Shown: positions 1 through 14,040 of the stretch, one piece after another | How positions within the stretch are numbered: position 1 is the first letter of the stretch | How the letters are laid out: the number at the start of each line of letters is the position of its first letter | Origin: Podarcis gaigeae | Lineage: Eukaryota | Length of the DNA stretch: 64,000 bases | Direction: 5' to 3' (one strand) | Assembly: GCA_964106915.2 (NCBI GenBank) | Contig: OZ066915.1 | The notes under the pieces: model-generated | Databases searched by the model: none | Told to the model about the DNA's origin: nothing | Seen by the model: only the letters and a program-made list of their open reading frames with translations | Translations under genes and position numbers: made by a program

Positions 1-283
1 TCTACTAAAACACTAGCACAAATCCTTCTTAGAAGCAGTTTGCAGTAAAATTCTGAACTTCTGGATGCCATCTTCTTATTCTCCTTCCCTCCGTAATTGG
101 TAAGAGGGGTTGCTGCAGTATAGAAAGAGGATTTTTATTAGGGTTAAGCAAATCCATCAATACAAACACTAAATTTCAGATCTCTTCCATTTTCCTTGGC
201 ATAAGTGCATATTGTCTTTAGGATTCCTTAATCTAAGAATATGAGTGGAGATTATATTAAACTGTTTCCTGTGACTTTTCTAG

Positions 284-352
284 GTAAATATAGACAAATT
301 AAAGGAAAGGGCTCAGAGATTTGGCTTGAATGTCTCCACAGCCTCCAAAAAG
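284..352 (+). CDS. SARNP: SARNP (CIP29/Tho1) internal coding exon, 69 nt, VNIDKLKERAQRFGLNVSTASKK
   Basis: Acceptor cttttctag| and donor AAG|gtaagg, phase 0/0. The peptide matches the recalled human SARNP segment VNLDKLKERAQRFGLNVSSISRK. SARNP lies tail-to-tail with GDF11 in human. Confidence 0.95.
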
Positions 353-3300
353 GTAAGGTTCCAGGGCAAGCACTACTAGAGCAATAAATATTTGAAAAAC
401 TGCAGCATATATATCACTTAATCCTGTAATCCTACTTGTTTTATCTTACTTGCTTTGATGAAACTTCCTGGTCGATCAAGGATCTTAATCTCCCCTATCA
501 TCAGACTATCTCCAAGCCCAATTTATAGAATTAAAGGGTTTGTGTTAAGAGATCATGCAGCAGTGCTTTATTGCTGAATTAGGAACATATGGCTTTCTAA
601 TTTCTTTTTCTTTCTTTTTTTAGCATAGGTTTCTTACTAATTTTGGGGTAATATTACTTGGGACCAGTCCTTTTAGAACAGAATAATTGAAATGTTCACT
701 TGTGTCTTGGTCCCCCTCCCCACTACCCTGGCTAAGGAATGAGGCTGCCCACAGTGTTGCAGAAAGCTTTCCAATTTAGATTTCACCCAAAGTCTGGACT
801 GTACCACTTCAGATTGCTGGAGGGTTTCTACAGACAGAAAGCTAATACAACACGGAGAAGACTAAGCTAGAGCCCTTCTCACTACTATCTAATTTTTTGT
901 GTGGAAAGCTTATTTAACTTATTTTAATTTCCGCATCTGGGAATATTCAGTCATATGATTCCCAGCCCCTGCAGTGCACCCCAAGCAGCTTTAGCACATA
1001 GTGAGAACTAAGCTCTAGTTCTCTGGGTTCTATCTGCCACCAAGTTCAGGACCCAGCATTCCCAATATTGACTTGGGTTCATTATGCTTCCAATAAAAAA
1101 AGCATAATGTCTGAAAGAAGTTAGGATCAGTTCAATGGTGGCCAGAAATCCTTCAGCTGAAATTGTTAGAACAGGTGATGTTGCTAAAATCTTTCCCAAA
1201 TAATTTTCTGCGTTACAGATGAGAGACATGAGGAAAGGGGGGGGGGGGCGTATCTAGATCTGGAAACTGATATTAGGCTGAGCTGTTACTCTCTGTGGGC
1301 CTGAAACCTGCTGACAGTTCTCCAGTTCAGTACCACCATAGAAGAAAACAGGATTTGGGAATGGGGGGGAGGGGAGAGAGAATGCTGTATATTGATTATT
1401 TCAGACTTGGAAATATTCTTCTGGAAAAAGCCTCGTGAATGAGGAAGGCTGTCATTTTGTCTTAACCCCTTACCAGATAAACTATTCCATCCCTCGTGGG
1501 ATTTGCACATTTAATGCATTCCGTTCTGCAGTAAGGCACTAAACCTGGCACCAGGGGGTTAAACCATGTAGAAAATAACTGGAGGTGGAGGCCATTTTCC
1601 TCCCCACCCTCTGCTCTGGGGGAAGGGTGAAATCATGCAAGTGCATTAAAGCTGGAATATGTGGAGGGGCAGGTCAGGGTGAGAGGCTGCTCAAACATCA
1701 TTAACCCTGTCACCAGGAGTGCACATTTTTCAGGAAGAATATATGCTTTGTCAGCATTTATGGCCAAGTTTCCTTTTGAGCGGAATTGTTTAGATGACGA
1801 TTCATAAGAATTGCAATCTCTCTCTAAAGAGCTTCCCACAACTATTCCCTGTTCAGTACTTGACAAAGTAAAAGTGCTAAATATTAATTTGAATGCTGTT
1901 AAAGAATACAAACGAAGCTAGCTTCATCAGAGAATTGATCCTCTTTATACATGGGGAGAAAATACCAATAGGAGAATGGCATATCCAAGGTCAGAAATTG
2001 ATTGCTAGGTTCGGTCTGGAAATCTATGTTTCTGTGCATCTGTATTCTTTAAACACTAACATTTTGTCTCCAGTTCTGGTTTTCCTTGCATATATGAGGC
2101 AGAGTGACAAGCAATAACATTATGATGATTTGTCTTGAGATTTGTTGTGATCTTCTATTAGGAAGTAGAGTTCAGAGGCTTAGAAGTGTTTTCTCTCTCT
2201 CTCTGAAGAGCACTCGTGAATTCTATTGAGGAATATTGTTGGTTGCTTCAATTAGCCACTGGTATTGTGTTTCCCACCTGGGTGTTCTTTATAGCTTTTC
2301 ATTACAGAGTAGCCTGGTTGCATGGGTCTTTGCAGATTTTTAACACCACGCATTGCAGCAAAAACTTTACAGTAAACCATTGTCTCTGGAGCCACATTTC
2401 ATTTCCCATTCAAATTGGTTTTGAACAAGAGAGGTGGGGGAAGAGGAATATAGCCAAGGGCAATTTCAAGCCTGCTGGGATCAGGGGAGCAAACCTAGAT
2501 CTGAGTAAGAGGCTCTCCATCTAATCTGTAGCTTTGAACCCACTGCCACTGTAGAATCTATTCTGTTAAAAACATCTCTTCCTAAAAGATAACAAAGCTC
2601 CTACTAGTACAGTAGAATAGAGGTGGTGACTGTCGCTGTCTAGTATAATAGATGTGGCAGGTGCTTGCTTGTTTTTTCTGTCAGCACGGAGCCATCAAAT
2701 TAATTTTTAAAATAAATCAAGAAAGCATTTTCCTCTCCAGAACTAATCACACCCCCTCCCCATGCTCTCAAGGGAAGCCTCCTTTTAAAATTTAGCCTCT
2801 GACCTGAGGCTGCTATCCCTTGATTTCTGCAAGTTACACTTAAACTGCTCCCTTCCCTTGTAAATTTCCCCTCTGTAGCAGCTGCTCCCTGTACCACTCT
2901 GAACCTCTGGCTTCCCAGTGGGAGAGCTGATAGCTGCAGGCTTCAGTGCTGCAGAAGGCTGAGCGGGTTGCTTGCATCGTAACGCAAAAGCGCATTCTCA
3001 GAGGGCTTGCTTTTTCTTTTTATGCATGAAACAAGGTTGTAGGTATCCAGCAGAGAGAGTATTACCACAAAACAGAAGCTTGGGGCTCTTTCAGAGAGCC
3101 TTTGGCTTAGCATAAATGTTCCTTTCTGCATTGCATTATTTGGTGCCATTCCCAGTCGGAACAGATGACTAAAATAATTTGTGCTCCACATTAGCTAATG
3201 TAAGGGTCTTGTTCTGTTTTACAAGTAGCTAATTAACCTGCAGCCTGTCAGAGGTTTGAGCTAGGGAGGTAAAGTACCAGCACGTCAAAGTCACACTGCA

Positions 3301-4370
3301 AATGGAGCAAAAATTGCAAGGATCAAACCTCAAACACATTAGCACCAGCTTCTCCCAACTCTCAAATGTGGGTTTTAAGTCGAAAAGAAACAAAAGACTC
3401 AGTGCTCTACTTGAAACTTTGAGGCCTCTGCTTAAACCCAAAAAGTTAACAGTGCTTGGAAAACAAGTAGGAATCTCTTTAGAAATGCAGTAATACCCAA
3501 ATTTGTCATAACTGGACCTATTGTACAATCATATGATACCACTTAATAAACCAGCTGCAAAGTGTATTGCATTTTTACACCTCTGATGTGACAGAGCTTA
3601 TGGTTAACATTCAGAAATTTGAGTCTTTCTCCATTCATTTTTGTCAATAAATTACAATAGGTATCCTACATGGATTAAAAAAAAAAATCCTACATGGATT
3701 GCTTTGTTCTTTTTCCTGTTTGTAGTGGGAAAAGGGCAATCCTTTTTTAAACTTGGCATGTGTATAAGATTGATGAAAGTTGTAGTTTGATTGCAAATGA
3801 GTAGTAGCACATAGATTGACAAAGTAATTGTTAACCAGTAAAAGTTTAAAAGTGAATTTTGGTCAAACTTAATGTAGCTTAATTCTTTTTAGTGAAGGCT
3901 TATTATAGAGGCAGAAGGGAACAGTTTGTTTTTCTAAAATGGGCTTAGCAAAGCTCATTTTTCATAATGTGGTTTTGGGAAGGCAAATAGGGTGGCAGTT
4001 TTGTGCATATATAATGAGAAAGCAGTTGGCTTAACAGTTTACACTTTCAAAAAGTTCAGAGCAGTATGCTGAGGAAGGATTCTTTTCCTGGATTGTTCTT
4101 TTCCTTGCAATATTTTCAAATACATCCCACCAGTTCCCATATGGAAAAATATTAACCAATAGGAAACAAGAGCAGGGGGAAAGTGCTGCAAAAGATCTGA
4201 TGACCATTTAAGCTAATCTTCTCCTAACGTAGGGTTTTATAACTATTAACTGAAATCCATGCTACCAATTAATACCCTTTTCCTCAAAGTACTATACTTC
4301 AAGCAGAGAACACAGCAGCAGCACTCTTTCCAAAATTGTCAGTAATATTTACTATTGTATTATGAATTGA

Positions 4371-4709
4371 TCTTGTTCACACATAACTCTAAGCCGAACT
4401 TTGGTTTAGTGTAAACAAGCAAACGTGTGGGGTCCTGGATTGGAGATTGCAGCCACTTGGCTCCTTTTCCAGTCATTTTGCTGCTGCGCTGAGGTAAGCC
4501 ATTGGACAGACCTTGACTACAGATCATAGTTTATCCGGATAGAGCTACACCACAAGCCTGGGTTCAGATGAGGAGCTAAGTCAAAGCCACATCTTAACAT
4601 TTCAGTAGCAGAGTGTTCCAAAGAGATTAAGGCAGTTGCAACTTCTTCTCCACGAGCCTTTTTGTTTGTGCTAAACCATGGTTTGGCTTAGTGTTATGTG
4701 GGAACCAGA
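4371..4709. mobile_element. Palindromic MITE-like element with imperfect TIRs of about 48 bp (related decayed pieces near 14130-14310 and 26040-26705)
   Basis: tcttgttcacacataactctaagccgaactttggtttag... is complementary to ...ctaaaccatggtttggcttagtgttatgtgggaaccaga. Superfamily not determined. Confidence 0.7.
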
Positions 4710-7700
4710 CCGTTTTATCTCACTCGTCCCTTAGAAAGCTGAAAATGGCTAACATGGGACATGGCACCTTATCCAAACACTGATCAGGTTCCAGGCTGCC
4801 AAGCTTCAGCCATGCTATGGTTCTGAGTACTCCTATAGCATTCAAAGCAGGTCTTGATCTAGTAACACACTACTGCAGAAGATAGCAGGAAAATTAATTG
4901 CAGCATTTGCTTCTTAAGCTCAAACAAGCTGAAAAGGAAATATTTATCCTGAAAAGGAGCTATGTTGCTATAGAACCACACTGATTTTGTGGTCTGGGAG
5001 CTTTCTGAACGTTAGACAAGATTTTTGTTACAATATAAGAGCATCAGGATCCAGCCATTTTATTACTTCCAAAGGATGAGATATCTTGGTTTTCTTGGGA
5101 GCAAACCAGGCTCTGTCCAAGGTGGTTACATGGTTGGAAGGCTTTGCCAGCAACTTCGTAGTCATTCTCTGTTGCTCTTACATTTCCCCTTACGTTTACA
5201 AGCTGCACATGGTTTCCTCATACAATGTTACCCCTATTCCCATATATCCTGAGAAATATTCCATACCTTTTCGCAGGTTTCAACTCAAACTCTTATTTCC
5301 TTTTTCACTTTTGTCTGTGCAGTTTCTGTAAAAATGTAATATTTATTGGTTTTCAAATCTGGACCAGTTCCCATCTTCCTTGACCATTGACCCTACTGAT
5401 TTGGGCTGATGGGAGTTGGAGTTTAACAACATCCAAAAGGTCACAGGTTAGCCACCCTGTCTAGTGCACTTGTCTTCACAATGGAACATGGTTCTGAGTA
5501 AACATGTATAAGCTTGTGCTGTCAGGTTACACAAATGGGTTGAACCCTGACTAAAATGGGTCACGCAAGTGGCAGCACTACCATTCTTCCCTTCCGCCTT
5601 TGTGGTGGTGGTGTTTATAACTTTGGGGGTGGGGGGAGAGAGAAGGAGAAAAACAGTGTTTTAAAAGGAAGAGGGAATGGATAAGGAAGAGAAAAAAGGG
5701 GAAAGGCAGTAAATTAAAACAAAAAAAGGAAAAGGGGGCACCTTCATGATGGGGCTAAAGGTTCAAAGATTGAAAGATTTCTGGTCTGTTACCTTCTTGA
5801 TGTGCTCTCCTTTGAAGCCATCATTTGTCCGCTACACAATATTACGATAACTAGAGCATTCAGTGCCAATTTACTGCAGGAAACCACCTCCCACTTCAGC
5901 TGCCTTTTGCCCCAGAATGTAGTTTACTGCACCTTTGGGGACAAATAGCAGCCAAGGAGGGGGTGATTTCCAGCAAGAAACTGGTCCAGGTGCTGTCCAG
6001 ATTATGAGCATGTTCAGGACTGCAACCCCACAGTTCCTTATTCTTCAAAATAAAAATGGCTGTTCAGGCACCATTTTTAAAAAGTATGAATTTTGGTACA
6101 TCTAGCTTGGCCCTCGGCTTGCCAATGTGTGTAGATTTTCTTTTACAAATCCAAGGGGAGGGAGAGGCTGCATAAGTTCTCCATTCAAGAGGCTTTATAT
6201 TAGAACCTAATTCACATATGAAAGAGATTGTATCTAGAATTTGGGTTTGCATTTTGTCTCTTTGGAGAAATTCCACTGGGAAGAATCATAATATGAGGCA
6301 TACTGGTTCAAAGCTAATGCTGTATTCAGAATTGCTTCTGAGCCTCCAGTTCTAACTCACTAGGTAATAAGCCCCAGTAAACACATTGGGCCTTACTTGT
6401 GAGTAAACATGTATAAGCGGATGTTGTCATTCTCACTGAAATGGCATTTTTATTAGTATTTTTAGATTGGCTTGCATGCCATATATGCAAATCAGCAGAT
6501 TGCACACTTTGAACCTGACTTCCAAATGTAAAGTATGAATCTGTTCTAAAGTAAAGCATCTACAGTATACGCATATCCAGTGTAGTGGGTTGCCCTTGAT
6601 ATGCTCCCCCCTCCCTGCCGCCTTGAAATGATGTCACTGTGCTCCAAGTTGAGTAGTCATGAATGTAGGCCTGTTGATTTTAGAATAATGGGAAGTGACA
6701 AGGTGAAGAATAGTGCTGGCAGTCATGGACATTTCAACACAGGGATGCTGAAAGCAAGGCCACTCCTCCCCCACGCTCTGGGTTGTTTATAAGAAGAGTC
6801 CAGTGGCTTGTGCCAGGCTACACTGATCACATAGGTTGTATAGTTTGCAGGGCCTAATAAAGGATGGGTGTCTTCTGTCTCTCAATATATAGTCTAACCA
6901 TTTCACTCAATAATCTATTAGGCATGGCTGAAAAAGTAGGCAGGTCTTTACTCTCATAAAATATATTATTTCACAATTGCAGCCCCAGTTTTTGAAGGCA
7001 TTGTATTTCCTAGAAATATGTTAACCGGAGTGATACTGTCTCTCAGGTTTCCCAAATACTGCCTTTCCTAATCTCAAGCTTAGCTTCAATAAAAATGATT
7101 ACATATTCAGAGTTAAAGCCCTTTAAGGCTCTAAGCAAATTAAACCAGTTAGAAATAGTCAAGCTGGATAAATGTCCAATAAATGTTTTGCAACTTCTGT
7201 CAGAAGCTGACCCTTCACCCTGACCCCCATTCCCTTGTTCCTATTTTTCTGTTATTCCTTGTATCTAGTCCACATTCTCTGTGTCTCTTTTTTAAATGAA
7301 ATGCTGGATCTGGCCCTGTGGTCCACCTACATTTGGTTGAAGCTAGTTCTGGAACAGGTAGTATTGATGTCTGTGCATTGCACTCATACCTACCGCTCTC
7401 TAATAAAATTTCTGCACTCTAGTATGTTGAAGTGATAATTTATTGCCTCTGTTACTCTTACCTCTTCCTTTCCTTCCCTCTTTCTGTCTTCCCTCTACCC
7501 TAGATGAAATTTTGATTGTAATCTTTATGGCACTGGGACTTTGTTGTTCTAAATATCCATAACTTCAGTATTGAGTGGTTCTTATGACTGAAGTAGAGAA
7601 ATGAAGTATTATTGTCACTTTTTTTCCACGCAAAAGTGACTCAAAACGACTTATAGAAACATTAAAAACAATAGTAAAAACAACCTAAAATTCTCACCAA

Positions 7701-8820
7701 TCATATGTATAAATTCTATGGTTGGAACACATTCAAAATGTCCCTATAGGAATCAGTGGAATTCATCAATGCATTATGCAAATGCTTGCCTAACAAACGA
7801 TTTCCTGCAAATGCATTATGTTTGGATAGCAAGACCTGTGTGTGTAGTAATTTAATGAATTAGTCAAGCCTTCCACACCCAAATCACACCAACACTAATG
7901 TCACCAGTTTTAATCAACTTTCTGATAATAAGCATGATTTTGTGTCCTGTGATGTGTTGCACAGTCTTCACTTGAGTGAATGAAGTTCTGGAGAACAATA
8001 GACAACGACACTAGTGATACTACTCTGCAAAGGGTCACTTGTCTTGGCTTTCCTGGCAGGTGCTTTTCTGAGCAACCTTCAGCTTGAAGGTTGAACCTTC
8101 AGCCATGTCTTCTAACAATGTAGTTGGAAGTCATATCTGGCTATATAATTCTGTGGCTGATGCCAAACCAACCAGTGTTCTCCAGTACATGTCTCTGAGG
8201 AAAGCTTTGAATGTGGTTGTAGCAGATACCAAGAAGAAATCCAAGCCCATATACATGGGAGAGAAAACAATGAACAAACAGCCTCAGCTGTTTTGTGCCT
8301 ACAAAAAACCTTTCTGTTCCAATCAACCTCTCAGTCATTCCCATCCAGTTAGCAGCAGCAATCTAAGTATGACCAATACTGATTTTCCAGCACAACCCTA
8401 TGCTCAATTATCCTGTATGAGACTCATCCCATGAGATTTGGAAGGGGTCCATGACAGACTGTTGGGATCTGGAGAGTGGGAAAAGGGTATTTTGCAGAAT
8501 TTTTGCAAGATCCCCAGGGAGAGCAGTTCAGTACCACCATCAGCTATCGATAAACCAGGTCCTCCTCTAAATACCAAGATATGTTTTCAGCCTTTTTTTA
8601 CTATCTCAAAAAACACACACACCAGGGACCACGCTCCTCATCTTGGAGCCAAAGATGGTCAATCATCACCTTCCAAAGTAAATTTTTTTGCATAGAGATC
8701 TTGCACTTCATCCTAGCATGCCTCAGACTCAATTATTATCTGATATCCATTCATCTGAAGAGGCTTATTAAATGTCCCAGTCAAACCAGGGCATCATAGT
8801 TTCCTTTGCTTCGCCTATAG

Positions 8821-8946
8821 CAGGGATAGGGAACCTGCCCCTCCCTGTTTGTTCAACTACAACCCCAGCAAGCATGGACAATGGTTTGAGATGGTGGGAG
8901 TTGGAAGTCCAACAATATCTGGAGTGCCACAGGTTTCTCATCCCTG
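8821..8946. mobile_element. Older degenerate short hAT-type MITE (related decayed copies near 5340-5460, 43850-43945, 48230-48360 and 53628-53753)
   Basis: Termini cagggatagggaacctg / caggtttctcatccctg, with the actacaaccccag...tgggagttggaagtcc core. Confidence 0.65.
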
Positions 8947-8959
8947 AGCTACAGTGAAG

Positions 8960-10600
8960 AACAATTGCATTTTCCAAACTCTTCATTTTCATCTCCTCTC
9001 CACTCCCAGAGTCTTTATAAAGATCCTATTGGCACAGAACCAAAGGAATGAATATCTAGCCATATCTGGACAATCTTCTAGTCTGATCATCCTCTAAATC
9101 CTAGTGCTGTCCAGGATGATGACCAGGATGATGTATACTCTGCAAGAACACAGTTTCATCATCAACAAAATGAAGAACACTTTGATTATATCTTGCAGAT
9201 AGCCAAGTCACCGGAAGCTTTTTAACAACAAAGTTATGGTTGAGACCTCAGTCTCATCTACAGTCTCCAGATTTGGGGGACTGATTATTTGCATGTATTT
9301 CAGACATTTCTTCTAGGATACCCACTGCAAATAACCAACAACCTCAACCTGGAGACGACTCAGATAGTGGGTATCATTGACTCATCTGAGCCAGGAGATT
9401 CCTATTCAGGAGTCCATCCAAGTGCTCTTGACAACATATCCCAGTCTGAAAATTTGAGGTGCACACTGCAAAGGTGTACAGCACCAAGACCTGTGGTCTC
9501 CAGAAACAATTTAATTGAACATCAGTTCCCTAGAACTTTGGGCAATCATACTGGCACTGCGGCATTTCTTCCATCTTCTACCAGGACATTAGGTACTCAT
9601 CAATGTAGTAGCAAATGCCTATCAGTACATTTTCAATACTCCTTAAGGAAACCACCTCCCTGTTATTTTATACAGAGAAATGTCTTCAGTTCATCAAGAC
9701 AGAACATCTTTGGCTTGGCTGCCAAAGCTAGATACTGCAAAGTGGTCTCTAGGCCAATTAGTGTTTCACAAATGATTGCTCAGAAAAGCCATCATGAAAC
9801 TGTTCGCTGGTTCCTCAAAATCAGCTGCCTAGATTCACATCAAGTTTCTTAATGTGGGAGAATCTGCAGTTGTGGACATCCTATCAGCAGACTGGTTCAG
9901 AAAGTGTTATATGCTTCACAGATTCTACCTCTCATTTCTACCTCTCATCTCATACAAGTACAGTGGTACCTCAGGTTACATACGCTTCAGGTTACATAAG
10001 CTTCAGGTTACAGACTCCGCTAATCCAGAAATAGTACCTCGGATTAAGAACTTTGCTTCAGGATGAGAACAGAACTCGTGCTCTGGCTGCACAGCAGCAG
10101 CGGGAGGCCCCATTAGCTAAAGTGGTGCTTCAGGTTAAGAACAGTTTCAGGTTAAGAACGGACCTCCAAACGAATTAAGTACTTAACCCGAGGTACCAAT
10201 GTACTTAGGAAGATTAAGGACCTGCAGGCTATGGTGCTACTGATTCCAGCAAATTGACTAAGACACTTGTAATTCTCCAGTGTAGTGAAGCTGTTGCCAA
10301 CGGACCCATGGATTCCTACCAGCCAGCAGGCATCTCCTACATCAGTACCCCATTCTTCATTAAGATACGGAATTCCAGGTTATATAGAAATTGAGCGAAT
10401 CTTCCAACTCACTAAGTTATGCATCTAGGTGAGAAACACCTTGTTTGTATCAAGACATTCCTTCACCATTAAACTTCATAAGCTTATTTGGAGAACCTTT
10501 GTCCTGGTGTCTACAATCAAATAAGAGTCTAGACACTGCAGGATCTAGGGAAATCTTGAACTGCCACAAGACAATCTTAAGCATTTGAAACTTGGATTTG
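8960..10600 (+). mobile_element. Highly decayed DIRS-type retrotransposon relic (RT/RNase H region)
   Basis: Frameshifted motifs PRVFIKIL (9005) and PYLDNLL (9060) resemble DIRS RT motifs PRVFTK and PYLDD. RNase H-like remnants lie near 10410-10490. Confidence 0.5.
9961..10201. mobile_element. Tc1/mariner (Tigger-like) MITE
   Basis: TIRs cagtggtacctc...gaggtaccaatg, flanked by TA. Confidence 0.88.
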
Positions 10601-13600
10601 AACATAGTCTCTGCCCCCCTCCCCAAGTTATCACCCAATACATTAGTTCATTTTACCCTTCTCACTTCTTCTGCAGTATGCTAGAGTTCTCAGCATTTTC
10701 TTGAAAGCCTTAATCAGATTGAGCTTTGAACCATTCACTGCTGTTTCAATCAAAATTTGACTCTGAAAATCATTTTTCTCATGGTGTATCTGAGCTGGGA
10801 ACCTTCTCTTTAAATAAGGATCTGTATATTTCTCATTAGGATAAAATGGTATTGTGGCCTGGTAGAAGGGCCTATCACCATACTCAGCTGTCCTCCTTCC
10901 CTCAAGAAGAAAATAAATTCATTGGTTAGTAAGAATTTCTGTTTATTACAAAGAGCAGACTCTTGTAGACCTGGGGAGAGTTATTTTTTATTTGAAACCT
11001 TAATAAATATACCAATTTAAAATCCTGTTTCAGGTCTGATTTACTATCCAAATCTTTGCAGGTTGTTTCTCTGTTAAACCTTGTAACCAGACCTTTTTCA
11101 GCTGGAATGTGTCGGAGCACAGTTCTGGCACCTCTTATATGGACACAATTGCAGGCCAGCATTCCCCCTGCCCATTTATTGCCTTTACGTACTGCTGAGA
11201 AGCCCGAAACAAACATTTCAAATCAAAAAGGAAGCAAGCCAGCGTATCCGAGTCTACTTTTTTTTTATAAAAAATCTATGACTCCACCCAGCTCTTAGCT
11301 GCAATTGGTCAAACTACGGGGCAGGGCCAATTCATATTTCCTTTTCTTCAGTCCGTCTTTTATGGAGCCGTTTTAAGCTTTCCAGCCAGGCCTCTACCAT
11401 TGCACACACATGCGTTTGCACAAGGGCCCATCTGTTGAATCTAAGAAAACGAGGGAGGCAGGGGTGCATTTATTTGACATAGTGTTTTGAATGTTCTTCC
11501 ATTGTTAACAGTTGGAGGTTTTCCATTTTGAACTCCCAATGATTTTCGTAACTAAATTTTTGTCCATTAGACTTTGTGATCTCTTTGATTCCAGAAGCTG
11601 TATTATTCTTGCTGATATACTCTAGAATAACTTCATTTGACATCTTTAACATATATCACCAGGAATAAAGCAAGTATAGTTCTGCAGATAAGCTTTCAAA
11701 GACCTTAGCAATTAACTCAATCCAGATATTGCAAACATTGAACGCCTTCCTTTTCAGCCACTCAAAATAGCACTCTCTCCAGATGTGTGGTCCAAATACC
11801 TGTGAGTGATTTCTCAGCATATTAGAGCTGTGTCTCCCATCAAGCCTATCTAGGAGAAAGTAACTTGGGGGGGGGGGAGAGACCAAAATGCAAAAATATA
11901 AGATGGATCCTTCTGTGTTTCAAAGAGGTTTGAATGGTGCTTGCTTCTTAGCTATGTATTTCCAATAGTCCTGGTGATATCATTGTTCAGTGTTAAGGAC
12001 TATACTATTATTAATGTTTATATCATTCCCCCCACTTACAATACATGATATTTTAAAAATAAATGATGAGAGAGTTGTGAAGGGTCAGCAGGGCTCCTGA
12101 TCTTTCCTTTCTCCACGGTGCCATTTGAAAAGGATTTTGAGTCCCTAACAAACCTTTAGGGAGTAGTGGAAAGGTTGCTTAAAACGAAAACAATGGCAAG
12201 GGGTACTCAGCGACCTCACTCTGTCCAGTCATCTGGTTCTTCATTTGTCCCTGCTGTGAAACAGAACTTATCTTTTGTCTGTAACACAAATACATCTTTT
12301 CCCCCCACCCCCCCTTTCCTTTCTATTATAGTTCAATCAATGATGTCATTATGTGTGCCATTCAGAAACTGTTGAACCACTTGGCTGCAGGAATTTGGAG
12401 GAGCAACTGGGAGAGAATAGAGAACTGTGCTCTCACTCCGAGTCTTCAAGGGTCTATTCTGATTTTAACAAAAAAAAACCTGAAGTCACATTTCTTTTTT
12501 TAACTCCTGTTCACCGTGAAAAACAAAAGTAATCTAAAGTAAGGGGAATGCATACATGAGGTCAGTTCAGTGCAAGCCAACCGCAATGCTTTTCTTTGGC
12601 ATGAATAATCAAGCCTTTTAAGAGTTCTAATTTACACCACAAACATTTTCCAGGGATTTATAATAGTGCTTTCTTGCTCAATAAAAATGCCAGCATCTCT
12701 GGAATTTGTGCCATTGTTCATAATTTTCCTTCTGTACCTCATTAAACTGTTTCAGTTTGATTAAACAGTTGTCTAGTGCTGATGGGGAAAGGAGGCACCC
12801 ATGTAGCTCAGGACCTGGAGATCTACTTGCTATATGTTGCTGTAGCATCTGATTAAAACCCCATAACATATTTTGATTATTAGCACAGGTTTCATTATTA
12901 GTAAAACTAAGTAGCATCCCTCATCTGTTTCAGTTTAGAGGCATGTGTTGATAATTAGTAATAAAATCTATTCAAGATAAAAGTAGCTTTTTCAGATCTT
13001 TGGCGGAGATCCAAAGATCCTGCTGGATGTGACAGGCATTTCTGTTTATGGGTGGGGTGTAGTCCTGAAATACTGTTCTAGAGGGTTCTCTAACCTTCTG
13101 CGCTAGTTGAGGTATGTGCAAAGGGCTGCAGACGGTGGGAGGTATTGAATACCTTCCATTCTTGCAGTGGAATCCAAGTCTTTGAAAGCAGTCCTAGAAC
13201 TTCTTTTATTTTAGAAAATATACAGTAATACATTGTTAATTCATAAAGCAGCTAAATATAAACTAAAACCTTTTAATGATACTCTGTAGGAATCTGATCC
13301 AAAGCTTATAAAATCAGCAGTCTCCAGAATCTTATGGAGATTGTTTTTGTTGTTCTATCCATGCACATGATACTTTATAAAGAATGAGAGGCTCCTGCCC
13401 CAAGGGACCTAACATTTTAGAAACAAAAGAAGGGGAGAAAAATTGAGTAATGGAGGTAAGCAGAGGAAGAATATGTGGTATTTCAGATTAAGCACATTTA
13501 GTCTTAGTTACAGTAGGTTATTGGGGAAATACAGTTCCTGTTCTCACTTTTGAGATGTTCTTCTACAGCTCTTTAGAGAAGCGCATTTGGTATCAGTACA

Positions 13601-13664
13601 GATCAGGCTTGAAGCTTTGAAATGTGAGGTCTTTCTTCTGAAGTTGGTGTTATGTTCAATATAG

Positions 13665-14040
13665 CTCGGTCCAGATTACCTGAAGGAGCGTCTCCACCTC
13701 CATCGTTCTGCCCGGACACTGAGGTCCAGCGCCAAGGGCCTTCTGGCGGTTCCCTCACTGCGAGAAGCAAAGTTACAGGGAACCAGGCAGAGGGCCTTCT
13801 CGGTAGTGGCACCCGCCCTGTGGAACGCCCTCCCACCAGATGTCAAAGAGAAAAATAACTACCAAACTTTTAGAAGACATCTGAAGGCAGCCCTGTTTAG
13901 GGAAGCTTTTAATGTTTAATAGGTTATTGTATTTTAGTGTTTTGTTGGAAACCACCCAGAGTGGCTGGGGAAACCCAGCCAGATGGGCAGGGTATAAATA
14001 ATAATAATAATAATTATTATTATTATTATTATTATTATTA
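13665..14040 (+). mobile_element. L2/CR1-superfamily LINE 3' fragment
   Basis: Open frame LGPDYLKERL...RAFSVVAPALWNALPPDVKE...FRRHLKAALFREAFNV* (stop 13917-13919), a short 3'UTR, then an (AAT)n(TAT)n tail. Confidence 0.85.

Noticed and set aside
9289-9852. 187-aa ORF as a novel gene
   Set aside because: Non-ATG start, no recognisable domain or splice context, and it lies within the probable DIRS relic.
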